Shown here: positions 8,970 through 18,098 of the stretch, one piece after another | Position numbering within the stretch: position 1 is the stretch's first letter | How the letters are laid out: the number at the start of each line of letters is the position of its first letter | Source: a virus | Lineage: Duplodnaviria; Caudoviricetes | IMG/VR virus record: IMGVR_UViG_3300037424_000366 | Coordinates: 1 to 31,932 of that record | Direction: 5' to 3' (one strand) | DNA: 31,932 nucleotides | The notes under the pieces: generated by a model | The model's input: only the letters and a program-made list of their open reading frames with translations | Told to the model about the DNA's origin: nothing | Databases searched by the model: none | Translations under genes and position numbers: made by a program

Positions 8970-10820
8970 TTAAATTTGTATGTTTGATTTTTTACGCAAG
9001 AAAACACGAATATCTGTAGCAGGATTTAAAATTTCAAATTGGGAATCAACTTCACTATAAACAGTATTATCAATTAATTGAATTTGACCAGTTTCTTCAT
9101 TTACTAAAGCCTGTTCTACTGGATTTGAAGAATATTGTCCACCAACTTTATTATATACTGTAACATTTAATACATTTATAACTCCATTCACATTATTTAT
9201 TGTTTCAATAAGTGGTCCTAACCAAATGTCTTGATTCATCTGATTATTATTAATATTGAAATAATTAGCAACCGCATTAATAATTGAATTTGCCACATTA
9301 TTCTCGTTTGTATTGTCTATATAACAATCGACATCAAACGCTAAATTAAATATTCTACCATCCCTTACTTCAATATAATCATTGACCATTCTAAATTCAG
9401 TCATATATTCGGTAATATTTTGTTTCAATAATGTATTTGATGTATTGCTCAATTTACCTTGACTATTAATGCCCAAAATAGACAATACTACTTTATTGTT
9501 TTCTCTAAATGCGTTTGCTCTAAATGCTGAACCATATCTACCATTCATTGTTTGTGCTTTAAACAAATAATCGGAAATTGTTACTGCTCTATTCTGTGCT
9601 GAAAAATTATATTTAATTAAGTTTCTTATTTGTTCTGTAGATAACCCATCATTACCACCAATTGCAGCAACTGGATTATTGACTTTAAGACTTCTTTGAA
9701 CTTCTCGGTTATAATCTTGTCTTGCACCATTTACTCTTAAAGTAAAATTACCTAATTGATTAACTACATTAACACCAACGTTTGATGAAACACCTCCACC
9801 AGTTCTATATCTAATAAATAAAGTATGATCTTTTTTTAATTTTTCACCTAATGCGGTATTTGATAAATAATTATTTAAAAATTCTGTAGTATTAATATCT
9901 AATTTAGCAAACCCTTCATCAAAGAAATTAAATTGACTTTCACCACCACCAAACGTTAATTTACAAAAACCATTAGATGTAAATTCTTTAATAAACTTTC
10001 GAGTAACATCTTGCCATATACCTACTTTAATTCCTGTTGCACCAGTAGTTTCAACACTAGAACCAGAATTAGGATCATCAATAAATATTCTTTGTTGTGC
10101 TAAATAATCTACTTCATAGAATAGCAAATCAGGATTATTCCAATCTGCTTCAGTTGGATTTGTTGTTACTCTACCTTCCTTTAATATAACTCTATCGATT
10201 TCCAAGACACTTCTATCTGGTAATGTTATTTCATAAAAAGGAACAACTTCGTTTTGAGTTATATATTTATTGAATATTGTGGTTGAACCATTAATTACAA
10301 TTTCTCTTTTTGTTACAGTATAATTCCGAATAATGCCGTTTGAATCTTCATTTGGTATATATGATCTATTTGGATATCCTAACGCACTAATTGATGAACT
10401 CCAATCAATTATATCACTAGTTTCAAATATTTTTCCACCCCCAATTACTTGAGAGCCAGGTAATAACGTAGGGAAATAATCAAAATCAGGACCATCGCCC
10501 TTTACTGGAACATTAACTGAAAAGTCAACAACAGTAATTGAAGGTCTTTTATTTGGTATATTAAAACCTAAATTTTTTGCTATATTTAATATTGAATCTC
10601 TTTGTTGTGCATATGCGATTTGTGTCTCCTGAAACGCACGGTCTGTGTTGATAGCTAGGTTGTTTGATATACCTGCGTTTAAATCTATAATCATAGAACC
10701 AACAGAAGAATCAGTAAAATCTTGAAGAATTTCGGGATAATATTCTTCAATTAATGCAATTAATTCGCTTTTAACTTCACTAAAAGTTCTAGCACCATAA
10801 TTTACTCTATTGTCTGCCAT
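8970..10820 (-). CDS. Baseplate wedge subunit (T4 gp6 / baseplate J-like)
   Basis: NYGARTFSEVKSELI, AQQRDSILNIAKNLGF, YRTGGGVSSNV, AQNRAVTISDY. Start moved to MADNRV (10820) because the TATTTATA motif lies just upstream. Confidence 0.88.
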   Translation of the reverse strand: MADNRVNYGARTFSEVKSELIALIEEYYPEILQDFTDSSVGSMIIDLNAGISNNLAINTDRAFQETQIAYAQQRDSILNIAKNLGFNIPNKRPSITVVDFSVNVPVKGDGPDFDYFPTLLPGSQVIGGGKIFETSDIIDWSSSISALGYPNRSYIPNEDSNGIIRNYTVTKREIVINGSTTIFNKYITQNEVVPFYEITLPDRSVLEIDRVILKEGRVTTNPTEADWNNPDLLFYEVDYLAQQRIFIDDPNSGSSVETTGATGIKVGIWQDVTRKFIKEFTSNGFCKLTFGGGESQFNFFDEGFAKLDINTTEFLNNYLSNTALGEKLKKDHTLFIRYRTGGGVSSNVGVNVVNQLGNFTLRVNGARQDYNREVQRSLKVNNPVAAIGGNDGLSTEQIRNLIKYNFSAQNRAVTISDYLFKAQTMNGRYGSAFRANAFRENNKVVLSILGINSQGKLSNTSNTLLKQNITEYMTEFRMVNDYIEVRDGRIFNLAFDVDCYIDNTNENNVANSIINAVANYFNINNNQMNQDIWLGPLIETINNVNGVINVLNVTVYNKVGGQYSSNPVEQALVNEETGQIQLIDNTVYSEVDSQFEILNPATDIRVFLRKKSNIQI

Positions 10821-10833
10821 TTTACTATTTAAA

Positions 10834-10841
10834 TATAAATA
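10834..10841 (-). promoter_or_regulatory. TATTTATA putative late promoter
   Basis: 13 nt upstream of the ATG at 10820. Confidence 0.55.
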
Positions 10842-10877
10842 GTTTCTAATCAATTTAATGATAAAATCAAGAAATGA

Positions 10878-11276
10878 TTAAAACGATAATTCTAATGTAC
10901 CAGTATCTGTAAACGTATCTTCGGTATATTGGAATAACAATTCAATATTTAATTGATTATCACCTATAGAATTACCAAATTTATCTGTTCCAGTATAAAA
11001 ACTTAGTTCTTTAATTTCCAATTGAGGAATAAATTTACTTACTGTTTGTTTTATGTCTTTTTCAATATCATTTTGGGTTATTTGGTCATTTTGTTCAAAT
11101 AAAAATCTTCTCAAATTAGTACCATAATCGGGCATATAATACCTTTCTCCTTTTTGAGTTAACAACAACAATGTTAAATTTGCTGCCAGCGCATTTTTTG
11201 TTGTTTCTGTTAACTGAAAAAACGTATTTTTTTCCTTATCGTCATTAAGTGGAAAATTTATATTAATACCTCTCAT
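10878..11276 (-). CDS. Baseplate wedge protein, GPW/gp25 family
   Basis: LLLTQKGERYYMPDYGTNLRRFLFEQ is the characteristic gp25 motif; adjacent to the gp6-like gene. Confidence 0.92.
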   Translation of the reverse strand: MRGININFPLNDDKEKNTFFQLTETTKNALAANLTLLLLTQKGERYYMPDYGTNLRRFLFEQNDQITQNDIEKDIKQTVSKFIPQLEIKELSFYTGTDKFGNSIGDNQLNIELLFQYTEDTFTDTGTLELSF

Positions 11277-11289
11277 AAATGTATTTTTT

Positions 11290-11298
11290 TATAAATAC
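11290..11298 (-). promoter_or_regulatory. GTATTTATA putative late promoter
   Basis: 13 nt upstream of the gp25 ATG, directly after a terminator. Confidence 0.65.
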
Positions 11299-11300
11299 TT

Positions 11301-11333
11301 AAAAACAAAAAAACCCACAAATTTGTGGGTTTT
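11301..11333 (-). terminator. Intrinsic terminator
   Basis: Perfect palindrome aaaacccacaaatttgtgggtttt (11310-11333) followed by T-runs on the minus strand. Confidence 0.75.
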
Positions 11334-11363
11334 AATTATGATTTAAATATATATATATTGTGT

Positions 11364-11843
11364 TTATTCTACTGTACCGCCTCTACGTTTCTTATTTAGT
11401 TTTTTCTCTTCACATGAACGTGCTTTTTCTTCTTCTTCTCTTTGTTTCTTTTTATCGTAAAGCGATCTGATTGATTCTTTCATTTGAATTACAGCATCTT
11501 GTCCAAAATGATGAAGAATGCCACTATGAGTTTCAACGTCTGGTTTTTCCACTTTCAACTTATCATTTTCATCAACAACAATACCGTGAAGTGCCTCTTT
11601 AATGCACATTAGTTGCATATCCGTTGGCAGTTGAGTTAAAATGTCTTCATTAAAAATGATTGTTACATTTACGCCATCACTTAGTTTTTCCGTAACATCA
11701 TTAGTTTTTTGTACTTTATAAACCTTTTTTTGGTTGTTGTCACAAAAAACCTTAATTTCAACCCAATTAGGGATTGCACTTTCATCTACGATTTTGTAAA
11801 ACAAACTTACCGTATCGTCCATTAATTCAATTAAAATTGCCAT
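11364..11843 (-). CDS. Hypothetical protein resembling the putative phage metallopeptidase family, with a degenerate HExxH
   Basis: LMCIKEALHGI...KPDVETHSGILHHFG; basic C-terminal tail. Confidence 0.45.
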   Translation of the reverse strand: MAILIELMDDTVSLFYKIVDESAIPNWVEIKVFCDNNQKKVYKVQKTNDVTEKLSDGVNVTIIFNEDILTQLPTDMQLMCIKEALHGIVVDENDKLKVEKPDVETHSGILHHFGQDAVIQMKESIRSLYDKKKQREEEEKARSCEEKKLNKKRRGGTVE

Positions 11844-11874
11844 AAATAAATTTTGATTTGTTAGTTAAAAAATA

Positions 11875-12288
11875 TTAGTCTTTTATGTCTTTTTTAAGAA
11901 CTTCGATTTGAGCATTTAAATGATCGATTTTTTGTTGATTAAAATCAAGCTCATGTTGTATATTTTTACTAAGTTCTTCATATATCTTAATTTCATTTTC
12001 AAGAAATTTAATTTTAGCAAAAACCATTTCATTTTTCTCATTATCTTCTCTTTTCTTCATTCTTTCGTTATTATCCTTTTCAACATCAGCAAGAAATTCA
12101 TCCTTATGGGTTTCCCAACCTAATTTTACCCTCTCATCGCGTTCTTCTAAAATTTTATTCCTTTCTAGAGATTTATCAATGTTTTCTGATTTATCTATGA
12201 TACCGTATAACGTATCATTACCTTCAAAAACCTTACCACTATCTAAGGCTTCTTTTAATTTGTTAAGATCAATTCCTTTCTTTTCCAT
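11875..12288 (-). CDS. Hypothetical coiled-coil protein
   Basis: 137-aa E/K-rich ORF with a heptad-like C-terminus. Confidence 0.6.
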   Translation of the reverse strand: MEKKGIDLNKLKEALDSGKVFEGNDTLYGIIDKSENIDKSLERNKILEERDERVKLGWETHKDEFLADVEKDNNERMKKREDNEKNEMVFAKIKFLENEIKIYEELSKNIQHELDFNQQKIDHLNAQIEVLKKDIKD

Positions 12289-12289
12289 A

Positions 12290-13228
12290 CTAATTTACTT
12301 TTTCTATTACGTTTGCTTTTAATTTAATTACATCATATTTATCTATTTCAATAAATTTATAAAAACCTGTTACTGAAAACCCATAATTATCTCCATATTT
12401 AGTCTTATGCCAAACTTGTTGAATGTCACATAGTTCTTTCATTATTTCAGAATTCTCATCAAACCTTGCAACACCAAACTTCTTAGGTATAATAAACTCT
12501 AAAATTCTATGAGTTTCATCAATTCTTTTAATATGTAAAAATTCTGTTAATTGTTCTATTTTATTTAATGTTTCTGTTTCTCTAATAACTCTAACTGGGA
12601 ATCTAAATTGTTTTGCTTGTTCTACACTATCCATTTGGCCAATATCAAATGATTTACCCATACCTTCAACAATTGGTGTGTTGTTGATCATATATTCAAT
12701 TGGAAAATCATCATCCTTTAACTTTCGTTCTTCAACTTGTGCTAAAGTAACTTCTCGCATAGTTTTCCCATAATGTTTATGTTTTGGATCAAAGAAACCA
12801 TAATGGTCATATCTTCTACCAGTCTCATCTTTTTGCATAGGAATATTATTTTCATCCAATAACACATTTCCATCTTCATCTCTTTGATACTGTATTGGTT
12901 TACCGTTAGCCCCAAATTTTAATCCCATATTTAAATTTCTATCAATAGCAACTTGTGCAATTTTTTCGGGATTGGCTTTCTCCATAAACTCATCTGCTTT
13001 TTTCAAAAGTTCATAATAATCTTTAACAAATTGTTCATCTTTTTGTCCTTGTTGCATTTTACGTGCAATAGGATTACGAACTTCTGCTCTTATTTGAAAT
13101 TTATTTTTCTCATTAGTGTTCGTTAATTCCTTTGGTTTTAATATTTCTTCCTCTGTCTTTACTAAACCAGCACTTAATCTCCAAAATGCCATTTTGGTCC
13201 CAATAATTATTTTTTTAAATATATTCAT
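12290..13228 (-). CDS. Hypothetical protein
   Basis: 312-aa ORF, co-oriented and tightly packed. Confidence 0.65.
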   Translation of the reverse strand: MNIFKKIIIGTKMAFWRLSAGLVKTEEEILKPKELTNTNEKNKFQIRAEVRNPIARKMQQGQKDEQFVKDYYELLKKADEFMEKANPEKIAQVAIDRNLNMGLKFGANGKPIQYQRDEDGNVLLDENNIPMQKDETGRRYDHYGFFDPKHKHYGKTMREVTLAQVEERKLKDDDFPIEYMINNTPIVEGMGKSFDIGQMDSVEQAKQFRFPVRVIRETETLNKIEQLTEFLHIKRIDETHRILEFIIPKKFGVARFDENSEIMKELCDIQQVWHKTKYGDNYGFSVTGFYKFIEIDKYDVIKLKANVIEKVN

Positions 13229-13271
13229 ATTGCATTTATAATATGTTCGAAATATTTTGACAAAATTGTCA

Positions 13272-14645
13272 TTATGCTGGCACAGTTACAGCAGCTTTAT
13301 AAAACTCTGCTCTATTATTTGTTACGTTTTTCAAATGATATTTATCTTTGAAATCTTCATGAAGTTGATTACCCAAATCTTCTCTTAATTTAGGTTCAGA
13401 AGTAAGCAATTTAATTGCTTTACCCCAATCTTTACCTGATTTCCTATTATACGGTATTAAAATACTGTTCTTCATATGAACACCATCTACATTATATGGT
13501 GGAATATCAGTACAGATCAACGGAATTTTTCTACTCCAACATTCAACTTGTTTCAAATTAGATTTTGCTCTATTAAATGAATGATCTGCTAATGGTGCTA
13601 AAGATACGTCAGTTTCATTGAGAACATTAGCATAAACATTAGCTTTTTCTGTCCATCGTCTAGCATATGTACCTTCATCCTCAAAATAAAGATTTCTTTC
13701 AATATTCTTCAACCAATCTTTATAATTTTCATCTTTAATAATATCATACTTATTTGTCAATATATGTTCATAGAATAAATATATAGATTCGGTTGAATCA
13801 ATATCTCGTCTGTTAGTTTCAAAAACCCTACCTCGATACAATTCTTTTAAGTCTGTTGGTAATCCTTCAATATTATCAACATCACCTAAACTTTTATTAA
13901 TTGATTTGATTAATTTTTTAGTAAGGATACCTCTCTTTTGTAATTCTCTACCAAACTCTTGATTAAAAACAGATTTTGAAGTAGTGCCTTGGGTATCCCA
14001 ACCAGCAAGAATTATTTTAAATTTATCGGGTATTTTTTGATTAGGTATATCCATAATACCTTCTAATTGTTTCAAATCACCCATATGGGACGACCCACCC
14101 GCGTATGTAAATCTAACTCTACCGTTAGGGTCTTCTTTCCTATTGTCTTTAAACTGTCGCATCCATGAGGGATCTACAGAATTATAAAACACGCCAATTT
14201 TATCTAGTGATTTACCAGTTACACGTTTAATTTCTAATGCAAATAATTCAGTAGTCGTGGTTATATAATCTGCCATTTTAAGGTTATCAATTATCTCAAA
14301 ATGCATTTTAGATTGTTTTGATTGTTGATAAAATGGATGTGTATTATGAAGCAACCAATAATCATCAATATCGACAATCATTGTTGTTCCATTTTTCTTT
14401 AATTTGGCAATCATTTGTGCTGATTTATTAGCGTCAATCATTAATGATCTATGATAATGAATGATATCAAAGTTTTTAAAATAATTAAAAGCCTTCTCAG
14501 AATTACTCAGATCGATATCAGGATTAATTTCGACAAGGAAATCATCACTATGATCACGTTGCATTTGTTGTGCAGGTGTTAAAGTTCTATAATAATTTAC
14601 ACCAGCCCCATCTTTATTATAGAATAAGATTTTTATTTTACTCAT
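13272..14645 (-). CDS. GT-B fold glycosyltransferase (GT4-like)
   Basis: GVNYYRTLTP, IVDIDDYW, YAGGSSHMGDL, SLAPLADHSFNRAKSNLKQVE, PLICTDIPPY. Confidence 0.85.
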   Translation of the reverse strand: MSKIKILFYNKDGAGVNYYRTLTPAQQMQRDHSDDFLVEINPDIDLSNSEKAFNYFKNFDIIHYHRSLMIDANKSAQMIAKLKKNGTTMIVDIDDYWLLHNTHPFYQQSKQSKMHFEIIDNLKMADYITTTTELFALEIKRVTGKSLDKIGVFYNSVDPSWMRQFKDNRKEDPNGRVRFTYAGGSSHMGDLKQLEGIMDIPNQKIPDKFKIILAGWDTQGTTSKSVFNQEFGRELQKRGILTKKLIKSINKSLGDVDNIEGLPTDLKELYRGRVFETNRRDIDSTESIYLFYEHILTNKYDIIKDENYKDWLKNIERNLYFEDEGTYARRWTEKANVYANVLNETDVSLAPLADHSFNRAKSNLKQVECWSRKIPLICTDIPPYNVDGVHMKNSILIPYNRKSGKDWGKAIKLLTSEPKLREDLGNQLHEDFKDKYHLKNVTNNRAEFYKAAVTVPA

Positions 14646-14669
14646 ATCATGTATATTTTAAAACGATTT

Positions 14670-14709
14670 GTGAATTACCCAACCACCCATAAGCGATGAA
14701 TTGGGCATC
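14670..14709 (-). mobile_element. Orphan, degenerate IS200/IS605-type right-end hairpin
   Basis: gtgaattacccaaccacccataagcgatgaattgggc aligns with the tnpB end at 31806 (gtaaactacccacccacgcaaagcgatgggatgggc). Ends in TTCAC on the minus strand. Confidence 0.7.
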
Positions 14710-14737
14710 GAGTTTTATTGTCTTATTGTTGACTTTA

Positions 14738-14768
14738 CAAAAGTATTAATATTTTTTTTTAAAGTCAA
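14738..14768 (-). promoter_or_regulatory. Host-type promoter: TTGACT-N17-TACTTT; the -10 also matches the Bacteroidota TAnnTTTG element
   Basis: -35 at 14768-14763 and TACTTTTG at 14745-14738, inside the inverted repeat ttgacttta...taaagtcaa. Confidence 0.55.
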
Positions 14769-14832
14769 GGGAAACTAATCTTTTTTATAAAAAAAGACCG
14801 TAAAAAATCAATAGAATTTTAAATATATTTTT

Positions 14833-15225
14833 TTAGTTTTCAGATGTTTCTTCAGTTTCACCTGTTTTTCTTCTATATTGTCTTTTTGGTTTTTCTTCTA
14901 CGATTTCTTCAATAAGAGTCACTATCGGTTCATCTTGAATTTGAATCATACGTTTTTTTACTGTTTGTTGAACAGATGCTTTTTTTTGAGTTCTTTTATA
15001 TTCATTTTCAGTAACTCTATTGACAATGATGAGTTTTTCCAAATTTAATTTTTGGATATTCATAGGTAATCGATCACAAATCAGAAACATTTCAGTGCCT
15101 GCAACTAATTTTTTAGTTACTGACTTAAATCCATTGCCATATGTAATATCAACACTAGTGTTTTTTTTTGGATGTCTTTTTGGTAAAGACGAAGTAATAT
15201 TAATTATTTTAAAAAAATTAGCCAT
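14833..15225 (-). CDS. Hypothetical basic protein
   Basis: 130-aa co-oriented ORF with a KPKRQYRRK tail. Confidence 0.6.
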   Translation of the reverse strand: MANFFKIINITSSLPKRHPKKNTSVDITYGNGFKSVTKKLVAGTEMFLICDRLPMNIQKLNLEKLIIVNRVTENEYKRTQKKASVQQTVKKRMIQIQDEPIVTLIEEIVEEKPKRQYRRKTGETEETSEN

Positions 15226-15241
15226 ATCTTTCTATAGTTTA

Positions 15242-16084
15242 TTATAGTCCTTGTATTATTATATCCCCATATTTTATCCCATCGTAGCCCATTTTTCGGG
15301 CTTTCTCTGATACTGCACGGTTTATTATTTTTAATTCATCAGCACCTAATTTTTGTGCAATGTTTGTAAAATCTAAATTAGGGAACCAAATTGCTGCCAA
15401 CTTTTTAGTTGGAGGTTCTTCATTATTATATGTCAATCCAAAATCGTTTGTATCTAATAAATTATCAAATTTGATATCATATTTTATATATCCATCAATT
15501 GGTTTAACTGAAAAGAAATTACCCGCTTGAGAACCTTCTTTTAATTCATTCTTTCTATATGCAGACATTTTCTTTTTATTGCTTTTAGTATCTATTCTTT
15601 CAAATCCTGAATGCAAAATTTCTTGATTTGGTTCTAATTCGTTCTCAATTAAATTTAAAAAATCACCATTTGCTTCAACAGGAAAGTCTTTTTCAATATT
15701 CAACACATCTTGAGACAATCCTTCTTGTGCTTTTTGATATTCATAAATATCTTGAATTTTATTTAATACTCTAATAGCATCTTTTGCAGGTAACATTATT
15801 CTAATAATTTTTGTTTTAGGTAAATCATTAGTTAATGCACTACCATGACGATGATGACCATCCAATATGCAATTGTCTTCTGAAACCCAATATGGTTTAA
15901 GATTATTAACATCCATCTCACCTATCTTATCAAGAGAAACTATACCTTGTGAGGGTTTAAGTTTTTTCGGATTCACATCTTGAATAAGATATTTAATACC
16001 TTCTTCCTTCAACGCATTCAATACGTATTTGTATGGTGCATTGATTTGAGGTAACCACTTTGGACGATATCTATGATCAATCAT
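15242..16084 (-). CDS. ParB/Srx-like domain protein with a C-terminal domain resembling a degenerate ADP-ribosyltransferase
   Basis: LKPSQ...WVSEDNCILDGHHR (ParB-like); C-terminal GNFFS...KARKMGYDGIKY. Start moved to MIDHRY, downstream of the promoter motif. Confidence 0.65.
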   Translation of the reverse strand: MIDHRYRPKWLPQINAPYKYVLNALKEEGIKYLIQDVNPKKLKPSQGIVSLDKIGEMDVNNLKPYWVSEDNCILDGHHRHGSALTNDLPKTKIIRIMLPAKDAIRVLNKIQDIYEYQKAQEGLSQDVLNIEKDFPVEANGDFLNLIENELEPNQEILHSGFERIDTKSNKKKMSAYRKNELKEGSQAGNFFSVKPIDGYIKYDIKFDNLLDTNDFGLTYNNEEPPTKKLAAIWFPNLDFTNIAQKLGADELKIINRAVSEKARKMGYDGIKYGDIIIQGL

Positions 16085-16098
16085 GTTAAGTATTTTTT

Positions 16099-16107
16099 TA
16101 TAAATAC
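16099..16107 (-). promoter_or_regulatory. GTATTTATA putative late promoter
   Basis: 14 nt upstream of the ATG at 16084. Confidence 0.6.
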
Positions 16108-16158
16108 TTATAAAAAAAATTTTAAGTTCCACCGCCGCCCCACAATAATAATCGGTTA

Positions 16159-17625
16159 TTATGATTCCTTTTCATCGTTATCTTTTTGTTTAATATGATT
16201 CATTATTGTTTTAGTTAATTGAACATATTCCTTTGTTTCTGGACTCATATCTCGTTTACCTTCAAGGTATTTTTTATAATTTCCAACACCCATGTTATAT
16301 GAAGCAGCAAAATCTTTAAAATTATTTACATATGGTAGTGGTGCTAATGCTTTCATATAGTAATGGATGAACTGTGCAGACTTGTCTGGATTATATAAAT
16401 CATCCATTGTGAAATTTGTGCCAAATTTTTTATTGATTGGTTTTACATATTTCCATTTAGTTTGAGGGAACCCATGAAATCCTAACCAGTTTTTTCTTGG
16501 TATCATACCTGATTCAATCATCATTATTGCTTTAATTAAACTCATATTAGGATTTTCCCCCTTTTCTTTAAGCTCATATAACGCATTCTCAATATTTATA
16601 TCAAATTGATTGTATCTACTTAAATATTTCGATGTGAATCTCTTTTTATTAATTTGTCTTAATTGACTCATTAAATCTTTATCAACCTCAAATACACCAT
16701 CTATCAACCCATGACGAATAGCATCATTTTTTGTTAATTGATTTACTGATTTGCCATTAAATTTATTAGGTAATATTGGTTTAATTGCTTGTAACAAAGT
16801 TTCATCTTGTTTAACTAATTTTTTAGTTGTATTAACAAAATCATTAAATGTGGTAATTTCTTCAAAAATTAACTTATCTGTTAAACTATTTACCAAATTA
16901 TCAGCCCTACCTAATTTATGACCAAAAGTTAAAAATAACAATATCGCCATTAAATATTTTTTTGTTATAGGGTTAGTAGTATTCTTTAATTTATCAAAAA
17001 TTCTCATAACTACATTAGCTTTATTTTTTAACATAGATACAAAGTTACGAATTTTTTCTAAATTAATTCCCTCATTTAAGAAATTTTTTTCAATTTCTTC
17101 TTTAATCATGCTTTCAACTAACGTTAAAGCACCCTTATTTGCTTGTTGAATTTCAAAATCTATACCGAAAATTCTTATTTTATCCTTAAATTCTTTGAAT
17201 TTTCTAATCTCTTTATCCCTATCATCATATACTACCACATCATTTGCTTCTGGAAATTTTTCGAGATATTTTTTAATTCTTTCTGTTTTTGGTTCTTCTG
17301 GTTTTTGAGCAAAATTATAATCATCGAAATGTAAACCATGTGTGTTTAATATTTCTCTAATTTGTTCACTCATATTTTCTAACCTACCAGTAAGTAATAG
17401 AGTATATGTTTCTGGATCAGCATTATCTTTCTGTAATTGGTTTACAATGTTAGGATATGTTTTAATATCAAAAACGTCAGTATTTAGTGAATCTGGTTCA
17501 TACCACCAACCTTTATGTGGCCAATCTTCGCCCGTTTTTTCTTTCCATATTATCTTTCCCTCGTCAGGCGTTGGCGAATTAATTAAACATCCGTCTAGAT
17601 CATAAAATGCTAGTTTTTTTACCAT
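16159..17625 (-). CDS. Fusion: RNA-repair-type HAD phosphatase (Swiss Army Knife HAD-like) plus SLT lytic transglycosylase
   Basis: HAD motifs FYDLDGCL, LLTGR, K and VYDDR, plus WPHKGWW. SLT motifs LIKAIMMIESG, GFPQ, DLYNP, ASYNMGVGN, ETKEYV. Confidence 0.8.
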   Translation of the reverse strand: MVKKLAFYDLDGCLINSPTPDEGKIIWKEKTGEDWPHKGWWYEPDSLNTDVFDIKTYPNIVNQLQKDNADPETYTLLLTGRLENMSEQIREILNTHGLHFDDYNFAQKPEEPKTERIKKYLEKFPEANDVVVYDDRDKEIRKFKEFKDKIRIFGIDFEIQQANKGALTLVESMIKEEIEKNFLNEGINLEKIRNFVSMLKNKANVVMRIFDKLKNTTNPITKKYLMAILLFLTFGHKLGRADNLVNSLTDKLIFEEITTFNDFVNTTKKLVKQDETLLQAIKPILPNKFNGKSVNQLTKNDAIRHGLIDGVFEVDKDLMSQLRQINKKRFTSKYLSRYNQFDINIENALYELKEKGENPNMSLIKAIMMIESGMIPRKNWLGFHGFPQTKWKYVKPINKKFGTNFTMDDLYNPDKSAQFIHYYMKALAPLPYVNNFKDFAASYNMGVGNYKKYLEGKRDMSPETKEYVQLTKTIMNHIKQKDNDEKES

Positions 17626-17628
17626 AAA

Positions 17629-18087
17629 TTAAATTTTAAATGGTACTTCTTCTAAGTATCCTCGTAATCGTAACTTTTTTCTTAATGGTTTCCAATCAGT
17701 TATATCATTAGAATTTTTAGGTTTTCCACCGTTTACCCGATTCACAGCTAATGTTATGTGTGGGGTTTCTTTTTCCGATTCAAATCCTTCTACTGCTATA
17801 GCCATAGCCATATCATTCATTCCAATATGCGTGCCATATAAATTTACAGGAAAATTTAAGTATTTTATATGTTCGGGTTTTGCTTCACCCATATTAACTG
17901 TCATATGATGATTAATAATTTCCCAATCATCAGGTATTAAATCACCTAAATCTTGTATAATTCGTTCTTTTGAACGATCATCCAAAATAATTCCAGTATA
18001 TGTTATTGGTGTTTTTTTTACATTAAAATCTTTTTCTCTTTGTCTATCTCTATGAGAAATTTCGTCTATCAAATCAATCTCTGCCAT
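17629..18087 (-). CDS. 2H phosphoesterase (2',3'-cyclic phosphodiesterase, tRNA-ligase CPDase-like)
   Basis: Two HxT motifs, NHHMTVNMG and TPHITLAV, plus KPKNSNDITDW. Confidence 0.8.
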   Translation of the reverse strand: MAEIDLIDEISHRDRQREKDFNVKKTPITYTGIILDDRSKERIIQDLGDLIPDDWEIINHHMTVNMGEAKPEHIKYLNFPVNLYGTHIGMNDMAMAIAVEGFESEKETPHITLAVNRVNGGKPKNSNDITDWKPLRKKLRLRGYLEEVPFKI

Positions 18088-18098
18088 GTTTATTTATG

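Noticed and set aside
16126-16161. GC-rich patch ccaccgccgcccc and an AT-only hairpin
   Set aside because: No complementary arm for the GC patch; too weak to call a terminator or RNA.
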